A stretch of 64,000 nucleotides of DNA from an uncultured delta proteobacterium. Its GTDB lineage: Bacteria > Desulfobacterota > Binatia > UBA9968. The position numbers were made by a program, and so were the translations under genes. Shown piece by piece: positions 1 through 9,893 of the stretch. The stretch covers positions 576,001-640,000 of the forward strand of contig CAVYTU010000017.1 of the NCBI GenBank assembly GCA_963771465.1, given 5' to 3'. Position 1 is the stretch's first letter, and each line of letters starts with the position of its first letter. Under the pieces are notes generated by a model, which made no database searches, had not been told where the DNA came from, and saw only the letters and a list, made by a program, of their open reading frames with translations.

Positions 1-1117
1 AGATCCGTTCCTCGCTAAAAACCGTCCAGTAGTGTCGGAGACTCACCTGCGAGAGCGCGGCCCATGATGGATTGACATAAAAACGCACCAGGGAACGCCA
101 CAGCAATATGGCGGTGGGAAGGAAGATGGTGAGAAAAAAATAAATCAGGAAGGCGCAAAAGGCGGGGTAACGCCACTTCCCCAATTGGATCAGACGCGGG
201 CGATAACCCTTGCCGGTGATCGTCGCGAAGCGGCTGCTCTCTTTGATCCGTCGCTGATACCAAATGACCAGCACGATGCTAAGCGCTAAATACGTCGCGC
301 CGAGCGCCGCGGAGAGCCCGTATTTGGGCGGGACGAAGCGCTGCACCGAAAAAAATATGTAGGTGGGGAATACATGGATGCCGGCCGGAAAGCCGATGAT
401 CATGGGAATCTCGAGGGACTCTAGGCTGGTCATGAAGCTGTAGATCGCCGCAGCCAGCAGAGCCGGCGTCAACAGAGGAATAAAAATGCGCCAGAAAGTG
501 GTGCGGTCCGAGGCGCCGGCAACCCGTGACGCTTCCTCAAGATTGGGGTCCATGGCGCGGAAGGCGCCCACGACCATCAGAAAAATCGTCGTGACACCTC
601 TTATGCCCTCGAGAAAGATCATCCCCCAGAGCGAAAAAATATTGAGCGGCCCTTCGGTTATTTCGATGCCGAATAGAGCCAGCAGCGAGCGCAGCCAAAT
701 ATTGATAAAGCCGATTTTGGGTGACAGCAGAAACGTCCAGGAAACCCCGAAGAGTAAACCGGGCACAGCCATTGGAACGAGCATGAGCCCCCAGGCGACG
801 TTCCTAAAAGGCATGTCCGTGCGCTCCGTCAGGAAGGCAAAAAATACCGCGATGGAAAGCGAGATAAACGTGCTCGCCAGCGCTAAAACAATCGTGTTGA
901 AGAGCATCGTGTACGTGCGCGGATTGCCATAGGCGTCGATATAGTTCTCGACGGTAAGGCTGCCGGGCTGCCAAGGGCTGCCTTGGCGGAAACTAAAAAT
1001 CAGCAGGAGTAAAAGCGGAGCGAGTATCAGCCAGAGGGTAAAGCCGACGGAAAGCCAAGGCGCGAAGTGGCGCTGCGCTTGTTGCCATAGTTGCGGTGCA
1101 GCTCGCTGGAAATTCAT
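1..1117 (-). CDS. Fe3+/thiamine-type ABC transporter permease (FbpB-like), runs off window start
   Basis: Not in ORF track. My translation from ATG 1117 is open to base 1: MNFQRAAPQLW...FLTERTDMPFRN...GAFRAMDPNLEEASRVAGAS (EAA motif)...FATITGKGYRP, with many hydrophobic segments. Confidence 0.9.
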   Translation of the reverse strand, partial: MNFQRAAPQLWQQAQRHFAPWLSVGFTLWLILAPLLLLLIFSFRQGSPWQPGSLTVENYIDAYGNPRTYTMLFNTIVLALASTFISLSIAVFFAFLTERTDMPFRNVAWGLMLVPMAVPGLLFGVSWTFLLSPKIGFINIWLRSLLALFGIEITEGPLNIFSLWGMIFLEGIRGVTTIFLMVVGAFRAMDPNLEEASRVAGASDRTTFWRIFIPLLTPALLAAAIYSFMTSLESLEIPMIIGFPAGIHVFPTYIFFSVQRFVPPKYGLSAALGATYLALSIVLVIWYQRRIKESSRFATITGKGYRPRLIQLGKWRYPAFCAFLIYFFLTIFLPTAILLWRSLVRFYVNPSWAALSQVSLRHYWTVFSEERI

Positions 1118-1209
1118 TGAAGACAAGAACGAGACGGTAAAGCTAAGACGATTTCAAGCGCAAAGAGCCGAGCGCGGTGAAGCCGCATTCTTTGCGGTCA
1201 CGGACTAAA

Positions 1210-2295
1210 TCAGTTTTTTCCTCCTGGCAATTGGATTATTTTTGCGTGCTCGGCAAGGTACTGATCCATTTTAGCCGCGCAGGCCGACTCGCAGACCGCG
1301 GCGTACTTTCCCTTGGCAAGACGGTTGACACTCGTCTGGGGATTCCACGGAAAGCCACGGTGCGTATGTTGCTCCACCGCCGGCTGACCTTTGGTCGCCA
1401 TCCAGAGCGCAAAGAGCTGTCCGGTTGCGGGGCTGGCGCTCCATTTGAAAACATGAATCCGATGGGCAAAATCGAGAGCGTAGGGATCGGGGAAGGCGAT
1501 GCCAATGGGCGCGCCGTCCTCGATCAGACGCATCGTAGTATTGTAATTGACGCCGCAGAAAAGCGCGTACTCGCCGGCCGCGACTTTCTCGAGGCCTTCG
1601 GTTTGTCCGGTTGTCAAAACCGCTTTATTTTCAACAATCCCCTTGAGCCATTTTAGTTGAGTCTCGCGAGTTTTTTTGTCGTGCTGCAGGGCCACCATCA
1701 AAGGACGTGTGCCATAGAGAAATTTTCCCCGCCAAGTCGGGTCCAGGCAGTCGTCCAAATTCTTCGGAACTTTGTTCGCCGGTACGATAGTCTTGTTGTA
1801 GGCGATGATGCGAACCAGCGCGCTGGCCGCGACATAGTAACCTGCCGGGTCGATCGCCCTTAGGTCCAAAGAACCCCAGTCTGACGGCAGCGCCTTGACC
1901 AACTGCTGGTAAAGAAACGGCGGCTTGACAAACATCCCGGCGTCGCGCAGCTCAGTCCACGCCTCGAATTGAACGTGTCCAATATCATAGTCGGGCGGTC
2001 GTCCCGCTTTGGACTCGAGGATCAGACGCTGGAATTCCTCGGTGCGGTTCATTCGATTGTAGATAGGTTCCTTAACGAATGGGAATTCCTTTTGAAAAAT
2101 TTTGACGATCGGCATGACTTCCTTAGCGGATAGATCGAGCACGACCGAGAACTTTCCTTTGGCCTTAGCCATCTCGCTTTGGGATCGCTCCACCAGTTGC
2201 TGGAATAGGTTTTTTTCCGCAGCCGTGGCGCTTGATGAAAAAAACAGCGCGGTGCATAGGAGTCCCACGGTAGCGAGGCATTCGCTTTTCGTCAT
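1210..2295 (-). CDS. ABC substrate-binding protein, Fe3+/thiamine/polyamine (cluster D) type
   Basis: Signal peptide (LLCTALFFSSSATA); IAYNKT..PKNLDDCLDPTWRGK and VAAGEY motifs; GGGAGG RBS before ATG 2295; directly upstream of permease. Confidence 0.88.
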   Translation of the reverse strand: MTKSECLATVGLLCTALFFSSSATAAEKNLFQQLVERSQSEMAKAKGKFSVVLDLSAKEVMPIVKIFQKEFPFVKEPIYNRMNRTEEFQRLILESKAGRPPDYDIGHVQFEAWTELRDAGMFVKPPFLYQQLVKALPSDWGSLDLRAIDPAGYYVAASALVRIIAYNKTIVPANKVPKNLDDCLDPTWRGKFLYGTRPLMVALQHDKKTRETQLKWLKGIVENKAVLTTGQTEGLEKVAAGEYALFCGVNYNTTMRLIEDGAPIGIAFPDPYALDFAHRIHVFKWSASPATGQLFALWMATKGQPAVEQHTHRGFPWNPQTSVNRLAKGKYAAVCESACAAKMDQYLAEHAKIIQLPGGKN

Positions 2296-2320
2296 GGTTG
2301 TGACCTCCCGCTTTTTATCT

Positions 2321-3850
2321 TTACGCTGGCACAAGCGCCACAGCGCGCGTCCATGCCGCGCCGCAGCGCTCTAGCTTGATTGGCAACGCGGCCAGTTTAA
2401 AGCCATGAGTTGCGCGCAAGCCGCTGAGATCCATCTTGTGAATCAGACAAAACTCACGCTCGCGGCCCATTTGGTGAATCGGATAAAACCGCTCTTTTCT
2501 GCCGGCGCGTAACGCCTCGATCATCGGTGTGATCGGACCATCGAGCGATTCGCTATCGCAGCCGATCACACGCACACCCTGATCTAAGAGCCAGCGAAAT
2601 GCGTCGAGTTCTAACCGGATCGATAGGTCGGTGAAATTCGGATCGTTTTTAAATTGCTCCGCGGCGCCGGTGCGGATGAGCACAATGTCATGGCTTTTCA
2701 GCCGATAGCTGATTCGCTCCAGTTGTGCGTTTATATCCGAGAGCGAGATTGTTTCGTTCGCTCGCTTGGCGCTGAAATCGAGTAGCACGGCGTCATTATA
2801 AAACCAATCCAACGGCAGTTCATCGACGGTTCGCGCCTTATGTCCGTTGCTTGCTGGCGCGAAATGATAGGGCGCGTCGATGTGCGTGCCGGCGTGGGTG
2901 TAAGTATTGACGATGTCCATGGCGCCGAGATGGACAATATCGGGCACGAGCATGCGCAAGCGTTTCGCTTTGGCACGCTGGTTTTGGTCGTGATCGATCA
3001 AGGTGATGTGGCTTTGTTCGGGCTCGAAGCTGTGGTTCATGATCGGCAAACTGAGATCGACGAGTTGAATTTGACGCCCATTCAACCATTCGTCCTGGAT
3101 GGCCACGGCGCGTATCCAGGCGCCGGTGCCGTGTAAAATCTTGATCGGAAAAAACATGAACTTGAAACCGTAGGGCTTGGGCAGGCTGGCAAAATGCGCG
3201 AGCTTTTCCGCATGGGTCCATTCGGTAAGCCGTCCGGCTCGATGAATCGGGAAAAACGCCGCCTTGTCGCCTTTGACGAAGCGTTCGGTCATCAGCGCGA
3301 TCGGCATATCGATGGTCGCTGAATCGGTGGCCATGACTTTTACGCCCAAGCGAAAAACATAGTTGAGTGCGCCGCCGATCATGCCCGCGGCCGATTCGGC
3401 GAAGCGCGGGTCATTTTCATAACGGTCCGTGCCGCCGGTCCAGAGCGCAACGATGTCGCCTGGTTTCGGCGTGTAGCTGATTTTCTCCAGCGCTTCGGCG
3501 ATATCGTATTCGGTGATCGGCTCGGCCGGCTTCTTATGACGGAAGTCGAGCACCACGCCGTCGCCAAAAGCCCAATCGAGCGGCACTTCTTCAATAAATT
3601 TTGCCGGCTTGCCCTCCGAGGTGGGATAAAAATGATAGGGCGCGTCGAGGTGGGTGCCCAAGTGGCTGCGCAACTCGATCCGTTCGGTGGCAAAGAAAGT
3701 TCCATTGGGCAGATCGGAAACTTTTATTTGATGCTGCTTGGCAAATATTCGCGCCGCCTCTTGGTGCGAAATGCGATCGAGCTCAAGCTCGCTGTTTTCC
3801 AAATGATCGGGCCGCAGCGTGACGCTCAGGTCGTAGATCTTTGCCATCAT
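2321..3850 (-). CDS. Tandem-duplicated cyclase (kynurenine formamidase-like) family metal-dependent hydrolase
   Basis: Two copies of HxGTHxDxPxH (HLGTHLDAPYHF, HAGTHIDAPYHF), each followed by PLDWxxxDxVxLDF and a C-terminal P.K....GAW.RAVA. Confidence 0.9.
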   Translation of the reverse strand: MMAKIYDLSVTLRPDHLENSELELDRISHQEAARIFAKQHQIKVSDLPNGTFFATERIELRSHLGTHLDAPYHFYPTSEGKPAKFIEEVPLDWAFGDGVVLDFRHKKPAEPITEYDIAEALEKISYTPKPGDIVALWTGGTDRYENDPRFAESAAGMIGGALNYVFRLGVKVMATDSATIDMPIALMTERFVKGDKAAFFPIHRAGRLTEWTHAEKLAHFASLPKPYGFKFMFFPIKILHGTGAWIRAVAIQDEWLNGRQIQLVDLSLPIMNHSFEPEQSHITLIDHDQNQRAKAKRLRMLVPDIVHLGAMDIVNTYTHAGTHIDAPYHFAPASNGHKARTVDELPLDWFYNDAVLLDFSAKRANETISLSDINAQLERISYRLKSHDIVLIRTGAAEQFKNDPNFTDLSIRLELDAFRWLLDQGVRVIGCDSESLDGPITPMIEALRAGRKERFYPIHQMGREREFCLIHKMDLSGLRATHGFKLAALPIKLERCGAAWTRAVALVPA

Positions 3851-3878
3851 GCCTCCCCGAACCGATCGGTCGCGCCGC

Positions 3879-5127
3879 CTATATGAACTCAGGATGCGAG
3901 AGTCCCCAATCCCGCCCGCTCAAATCTCTGCCCCGGTCGTCGGGTTGAGTAGGTCGCGGGCCGGTGTATTCCAGAATATACAAACCGCCGCCGACTCGAT
4001 CGGTGATGTAGATCAAACCGTCGGTGTCGACGTAAACGTCGTTGATCTGAATCGCCGGCTGGCCCGGCGGTGTGGGCGGAATAAAGAAGCCTGTCTCTGT
4101 AGGCCTAAAGGGATTGCTGATATCGACGACGCGGATGCCGGCGTTGAAGTAACAAAGGTAAATCAGCAAGTCGTCGTCTTTGGAGCCCGGACGATTCTCA
4201 TGAATGTTGTGCGGGCCGAAGCGGCCGCCGCGCTCGCAGAAATTCCCCTCCGGTATCGGAAAGCCGGCGATCGGCACCGGCTTGGTTTCATCGCGAACGT
4301 CGACGACCCAAACCATCTTGTAACCGTCGGCGCCGCCGTTGCGCACCGACTCTTCGGCGACGATCAGCAACTTGCGCCGTGGCAACGGTAAGACCGTGTG
4401 GGTGTGGCCGCGAAAAGGCGGCATCAGATCGAGACGGCTAATCAGACGCGGCGAAGATGCGGTGCTTATATCCAAAATCGCGAAGCCTTCGTCTTCATAG
4501 GCGACATAGGCGCGATCGCCATTGGCGATGATGCCATGGCACCAGACGCTTTTTTTCGCGTCCCAGCTTGGCGTTTCCCCGCCAGCGGCCCAAAGTCCGG
4601 GCAGCCACCATCTGCCGACTTCCTCGACGCGCGTCGGGTTTTGCACGTCGACGATGCTGTAGATGCGATTGGAAAAACCTTCAGCGGAAGTTGGCAAGTG
4701 CGCGTAGCGGCCATCGGCAAACCAAAAGCGGTGCACGCCTTTTTCAACCGTCGGAAAGAAGCTTATCGGTTTCGGCGAGTCAGGTCGCGCGAGGTCGTAG
4801 AGTTCCAGTCCAGGCTTGATAGGGTCCGTTTTCCCAAGGCGCCCGTTCGTGATTGGTCAGCATGAGATCGCCGACGATTTGCACCTTATGCGAATGGACA
4901 CCGGGCGCCTTGGCGATCTGATTGACGACGCGAGGATTGCTGGGATCCTCGACGTTCAAGATCGTAACCGCCATGCTCTTCATATGCGCGATATAAAGAA
5001 AGTTGCCTTTCTTGTCGATGCGGCTGCCGTCTCCATGACCCGCCAGATCGCTGTGTCCCAACAGACGCATGTTCCAAGTTTCAGCCCGCCCTGAAATGTC
5101 GGCCACATCCGAAATCACTTGCGCCAT
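3879..5127 (-). CDS. LVIVD-repeat beta-propeller protein (one frameshift near 4830)
   Basis: Joins ORFs 4780-5157 and 3879-4736. Removing one A from GGGAAAACGG gives WETDPIKPGLELYDLARPDSP. Repeats ILNVEDPSNP, IVDVQNPTR, ILDISTASSP, VVDVRDETKP, VVDISNPFRP. RBS GGGAGGA before ATG 5127. Confidence 0.85.
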
Positions 5128-5310
5128 CTGATCCTCCCGTTGATCGTTTTTTTGCACAGGTTGGAAAACGATGGGAGTCTAGTGAATTGTCGCTGAGCGC
5201 GCAAGCCGATTAATCATTCATAAGGTGCAAGCAGGAGAGTTTCGTTGACCGACGAGCAAGCCTTGTGTTACGAGGTAGCGAAATCACTCTGGTCGAGCTT
5301 GGAGGAGAGA

Positions 5311-6309
5311 ATGTTTATCCGAAAATCGCACTGCCTCGCTGTCAGTTTGCTCCTTAATTGCGTTCTCTCGGTTGGCCCGCTGCCGGCGCAAAACCTAGAA
5401 AAGGCGCTCAAGGAAGGCGAAGTGGTTTGGTATACGCCGACGGCCATCGAAGACAGCCAGAAGATGATTCAGGCTTTTGAAAAAAAACATCCGGGCATCA
5501 AGGTCAGGCTGTTTCGCAATCGTGAGACGGCGTTGTTGCCGCGCATCATGGCCGAGAAGCAATCGGGCAGGCCGGTCGTCGATGTTACGTCGCTGCGCGG
5601 CGTCGGCTACTATCAGCTCTGGAAGCGCAATCTGATTCAACCTTACATCTCGCCGGAAAGCGCGGCCTATCCGAAAGGGTTCAAAGATCCCAAAGGATTT
5701 TGGACCGACCTTTACGATACCTACTACGTCTGGAGCCATCATACCGGGCTGATGAAAAACCCGCCGCGCAATTACGAAGAGCTGGTGCAGCCGCGCTATC
5801 GCGGCCGAATCGGCATGGATACCGATGAGATCGAATGGTACGCCGGCTTGATCGAATCCTGGGGCAAGGATCGCACGGTTAGGTTTCTAAAAAATCTCGC
5901 GGCGCAGCAAATCCGCTATCGCGACGGCCACACTCTTGTCGCGCAGCTCATGGCCGCCGGCGAATTTGAGCTGACATTGGCTTTTAGCGAGCGCATCGAC
6001 AAAATGAAAAAAGAAGGCGCGCCGGTCGACTGGATCACCACCTTCGATCCGATCATCGTTTCGATCCATCCGATCGCCATCGCCGCCGATGCGCCCCATC
6101 CGGAAGCGGCGCGTTTGTTCGTCGATTTCGCTCTGTCGAAAGAAGGCCAAACGACGGTGCGCGACTCCGGCAGGGTCTCGCCGCGCGCGGATTTGCCCGG
6201 CGCGTCGCAGTCAGTCAGTCCGGCAAAACTCAAGCTCCATCCGGTGCAACCGGAAGGAGCGGCCGACTACGAAGGGCTGCTCAAAGAATGGCGCTCGATA
6301 TTTAAATAG
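5311..6309 (+). CDS. ABC substrate-binding protein, cluster D type
   Basis: GGAGGAG RBS; signal peptide; ALKEGEVVWYT, AAGEF, GAPVDW, APHPEAARLFVDFALSKEGQ motifs. Confidence 0.9.
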   Translation: MFIRKSHCLAVSLLLNCVLSVGPLPAQNLEKALKEGEVVWYTPTAIEDSQKMIQAFEKKHPGIKVRLFRNRETALLPRIMAEKQSGRPVVDVTSLRGVGYYQLWKRNLIQPYISPESAAYPKGFKDPKGFWTDLYDTYYVWSHHTGLMKNPPRNYEELVQPRYRGRIGMDTDEIEWYAGLIESWGKDRTVRFLKNLAAQQIRYRDGHTLVAQLMAAGEFELTLAFSERIDKMKKEGAPVDWITTFDPIIVSIHPIAIAADAPHPEAARLFVDFALSKEGQTTVRDSGRVSPRADLPGASQSVSPAKLKLHPVQPEGAADYEGLLKEWRSIFK

Positions 6310-6425
6310 CTGGCGATTGGCTGATTCCAGATTCGGCCCCGCTCAGAGTCATGGACGATGAATGTGAATCCTTGAGTTTCCACACCTCTAGCTGACCATC
6401 GCGGTTAAATGTGTACGAAGAGCAG

Positions 6426-7430
6426 CTATGATTCCAAGCCCAGCAGCCGCGCGGCGTTGCCGCCGAGTATTTTTCGCTTTTCCTCTGCGCTTAAAAAATC
6501 CAGCTTGCCGATTTCCGGCACATCTTCCCAGCTCGACATGTCGCCGGAGTGGTCGGTGCCGAGCAGCACGTGGTCGGCGCCGAATGTATCGACCAAAAAG
6601 CGCAGCACGTGGGCGTCGTAAATGACGGTGTCGAAATAGAGCTTGCCGAACATTTCGTCAACGGAGCCCCTGAACTTCGCTTTGGGCTCGTCGCGATGAG
6701 CGTGGCCGTGGCGCCATCTGCCGATCAACGACGGCGCCACGCCGCCGCCGTGGGCGAGAATGATTTTTAATTTGGGAAAGCGTTCCAAGACGCCGCCAAA
6801 AATCAGACTCGCCGTCGCCACAGCGGTTTCCAAGGGATTGCCGATCAGGTTCTGCATGTAATAGTCGTCCATGCGTTCGCGTCTTACGCGCACGTCGGGA
6901 TGAATGAGAATCGTTATTTGCAAATCTTCGGCGCGCTCAAAGAAAGGCAAAAACTCCGGATCGTCGAGATTGCGACCCTCGATGTTTGAGAGGATTTGCA
7001 CGCTGCGCAGGCCGAGTTCCTTATTCGCGCGGGTTAACTCTTCGACGGAAGCTCGAACGTAAGGGAGCGGAGCCATGGCCATGCCGTAGATGCGGCCGGA
7101 ATACTCCTGCTCAACTTCGGCGAATCCGTTGTTGATCTGCTGGCAGGCCCAGACGACGGTTTTTTCCGCACAGGCGCCAAAATTGATGTAGGGCAGGGTG
7201 GACAGCACGATGGTCTCGATGCCGACGGTGGCCAGTTCGCTGAGTTGCGCGCGGTAATCGGTGCGTTTTGCTTGTAGTCGAAATAGGACGCCGTCGGGAC
7301 GCAGGAGCGCCTCGCCTTTGGCGTCAGCGATGAGGCGAATGCCGTAGCGCTCGCCGTCGCCGCGTCGGCAAGCTTCGATAAACTTTTTTGAATAGCCATG
7401 ATTGTGGATGTCGATGGTTTGCGCGGCCAT
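6426..7430 (-). CDS. Amidohydrolase_2 family protein (ACMSD-like decarboxylase/hydratase)
   Basis: IDIHNH metal motif; ILIHP; NLIGNPLET..A..LIFGGVLERFPKLKIILAHGGG; LGTDH; ILGGNAARLL. Confidence 0.9.
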   Translation of the reverse strand: MAAQTIDIHNHGYSKKFIEACRRGDGERYGIRLIADAKGEALLRPDGVLFRLQAKRTDYRAQLSELATVGIETIVLSTLPYINFGACAEKTVVWACQQINNGFAEVEQEYSGRIYGMAMAPLPYVRASVEELTRANKELGLRSVQILSNIEGRNLDDPEFLPFFERAEDLQITILIHPDVRVRRERMDDYYMQNLIGNPLETAVATASLIFGGVLERFPKLKIILAHGGGVAPSLIGRWRHGHAHRDEPKAKFRGSVDEMFGKLYFDTVIYDAHVLRFLVDTFGADHVLLGTDHSGDMSSWEDVPEIGKLDFLSAEEKRKILGGNAARLLGLES

Positions 7431-7610
7431 TGTGGTGCCCTTCCTTATTTAAACTTCGCGCGAGCGTAGCGCTTCCCTTCTCGCCCTGTCAAACCTATTT
7501 GCCGACGGCCCGCAACGCTTGTCGATTACGGGCCGTTAATGCTAACAACAATTAGGTGGGCCGGCGGCGATTATTCACCGACCCACTGATTCACGAGGAG
7601 GGCAATCGGA

Positions 7611-8645
7611 ATGTCACTTCGTGCACGGTTAGCGCTAATATTGCTCGGGTTGATTGCGTTCATCTTCCCGCCAGTGAATTCTTCCAGCACGGTTTGGGCC
7701 GGCGCGGCGCCGGACGAGACTCAGGCCAAGATCGACGGGGCGAAAAAAGAGGGCAAGGTCATTCTCTATACCAACGCCAGTGGAATCGCCCCTCTGATCA
7801 AGCGTTTCGAGGAGAAATATCCATTTCTGAAAGTCGAGCAGTTGCGCACCGGCGCGCCCAAACTGCTGAGCCGGGTTTTGGCCGAATACAAAGCGGGCGC
7901 GTTGAAGGCGGACTTGATCGAAACCGAGGGGCTGACATCCTATCTGATGATGAAGCGAGGCTTGTACGCCAAATACGTCTCTCCTGAGAGTAAGGCGCTG
8001 CCGGCGGGAGCGAAAGATGTTGACGGACAGTGGACCAATGCGCACTCGAATTACAAAATCGTCGCTTATAACTCGCGTTTCGTCACTCCCGCCGAGCTGC
8101 CCAAATCCTACGAGGATCTCACCCAGCCGAAATGGCATGGAAAGATTCTCATGGGATCGAATAACTATGAGTGGTTCGGTAACATGGTGAAGATCATGGG
8201 CGAGGAGAAGGGCATGAATTTGATGCGCCGGTTGAACGGCCAGAATCTCATGCTACGCGAGGGCAATTCGCTGATCTTGCAATTGCTGCTCGCTGGCGAG
8301 GGTTTCGTTTCCATCGCGGCCAACGTCGATTCTGTTGAAGAGCTTAAAGCCAAGGGCGCACCGATCGACTGGCTGGGATTGGAACCGACGATCTCGCGCT
8401 TGCATCCAATCGCCTTGGCGCGCACGGCACAACATCCCAACGCGGCAAAGCTGTACATCGATTTCATTTTGTCCAAAGAAGCCCAAGAGATCATCACCAA
8501 AGAATTCATCGGCATCTCTGACCGGCCTGACGTTAAACGGGTGTTTACGCGCGAGGGGTTGAAGCTGCATTACGCCGACTTGAGTCTCGCTGAGCGCTAT
8601 GACGAGATCACCAAGAAATTCGACGCAGTTTTCAAAATTCGCTGA
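7611..8645 (+). CDS. ABC substrate-binding protein, cluster D type
   Basis: GAGGAGG RBS; signal peptide; AKKEGKVILYT, PKSYEDL, GAPIDW, HPNAAKLYIDFILSKEAQ. Confidence 0.9.
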   Translation: MSLRARLALILLGLIAFIFPPVNSSSTVWAGAAPDETQAKIDGAKKEGKVILYTNASGIAPLIKRFEEKYPFLKVEQLRTGAPKLLSRVLAEYKAGALKADLIETEGLTSYLMMKRGLYAKYVSPESKALPAGAKDVDGQWTNAHSNYKIVAYNSRFVTPAELPKSYEDLTQPKWHGKILMGSNNYEWFGNMVKIMGEEKGMNLMRRLNGQNLMLREGNSLILQLLLAGEGFVSIAANVDSVEELKAKGAPIDWLGLEPTISRLHPIALARTAQHPNAAKLYIDFILSKEAQEIITKEFIGISDRPDVKRVFTREGLKLHYADLSLAERYDEITKKFDAVFKIR

Positions 8646-8672
8646 GTGCGAATAAAAAATCGGAGGAGCTGC

Positions 8673-9762
8673 ATGACAGACCCGGAAACAAAATCGCGAC
8701 TTGCTGGACGGCGCGCGCAATCTGGTGCGCTACGTCGAAATCAACTCGCGCCAGCAGGTATTGATCCACACCGAGCCGGGTTATGACGACCCGGATGTCG
8801 TTGGCGCGGTGAAGAGTGCGATCGAGGAAACCGGCGCGCAGGTGTCGGTTCTTCACACGCCGCATTGGGATAAGCAGTACGAGCCGCCGCCGCGGCCATT
8901 CGAAGCGGCGATCGAAGGATGCGATGTGCTCATCGGCCAGGGCGAGTATCTGCACACCAAGAATCACTACATCCAAGTCGGCTTGTTCGAACGCGGACTC
9001 ATTTACATCAATAACGAAGCGAAAACGGTGCAAGCGCTCTCTTCATGGTACGGACGCTTTCCCGCCGAGCTGTTGTTCACCATCGGCGTCGTCACGGTCG
9101 AGCGCCTCGGCGCTGGCAAGGACATTCGAGTGACCACGAAGGCTGGCACTGACATTTCAATGACCGTGCAGACCAATACATTGGGCGGCTACTGTTATCC
9201 GTTTCGCTTCGATACGCCGGGTTACAAGAAAGGTTTTCCGGGCGGCGTCGCATGCTTTCACCCGGAAGATCCGGTCAACGGGGTGGTCGCGGTGCAAGCG
9301 ATGACGCGCGGCAATGGCGCGCCCAAGGCGATGCTCGATCGGCCGTTGTTTTTGACCTTCCGCGATCATCGTGTCGTCGAGGCGGAAGGCGAGTGCGCGG
9401 ACTGGTGGCGTGAGTTCACCCGCAAGGGCGATGAGAACAGCAGTTGGCTAGGTGAATGCATGTGGGGCGTCCATCCGAAAGCGAGCGGCGGCGGCGGCCG
9501 TGGCGCAGCCAATCCGCACCTGCTTCATTTCGGCCTGGGTAATTCCATCGCTTACGGTGGTCCGACGTTTTCCAAGACTTGGCAGGTGATGTTCGTCGAG
9601 GATGCGACTTTGACCGTGGATGGTTATGCGATCCTTCAGGACGGCCTGTTGACCGTGCTGGCCGATCCGAAGGTGCGCGCGGTCGCGGCAAAATACGGCG
9701 ACCCGGATGAGCTGCTGTCGCAGCTACCGGCAACGGTTCAGGATCAGTTCGGCGGAAAGTAA
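8673..9762 (+). CDS. M29 aminopeptidase / NicX-like fold protein with degenerate metal motifs (probable +1 frameshift at ~8688)
   Basis: ARNLV...QVLIHTE...IRVTTKAGTDI...VNGVVAV...GECMWGVHPKA...LHFGLGN...ATLTVDG pattern. GGAGGAG RBS precedes ATG 8673, which is one base out of frame; deleting one A gives MTDPEQNRDLLDGARN. Confidence 0.65.
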
Positions 9763-9784
9763 GATTGTCGGAATTGGAAGCTTA

Positions 9785-9860
9785 GCCGCAACGAAGGCAA
9801 AGGGCGCAAGAGAAACTAATGGATTCCGAACTTCGCGCTCTTCGTGCCCATCGAGTTGAA
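9785..9860. repeat. Degenerate copy of the CACGAAG-type palindromic repeat
   Basis: TCCGAACTTCGCGCTCTTCGTG (9825-9846) matches 62282-62303 at 21/22 nt. Confidence 0.6.
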
Positions 9861-9893
9861 ACAACTACTCACACCATGGAGTGATGCACCACC

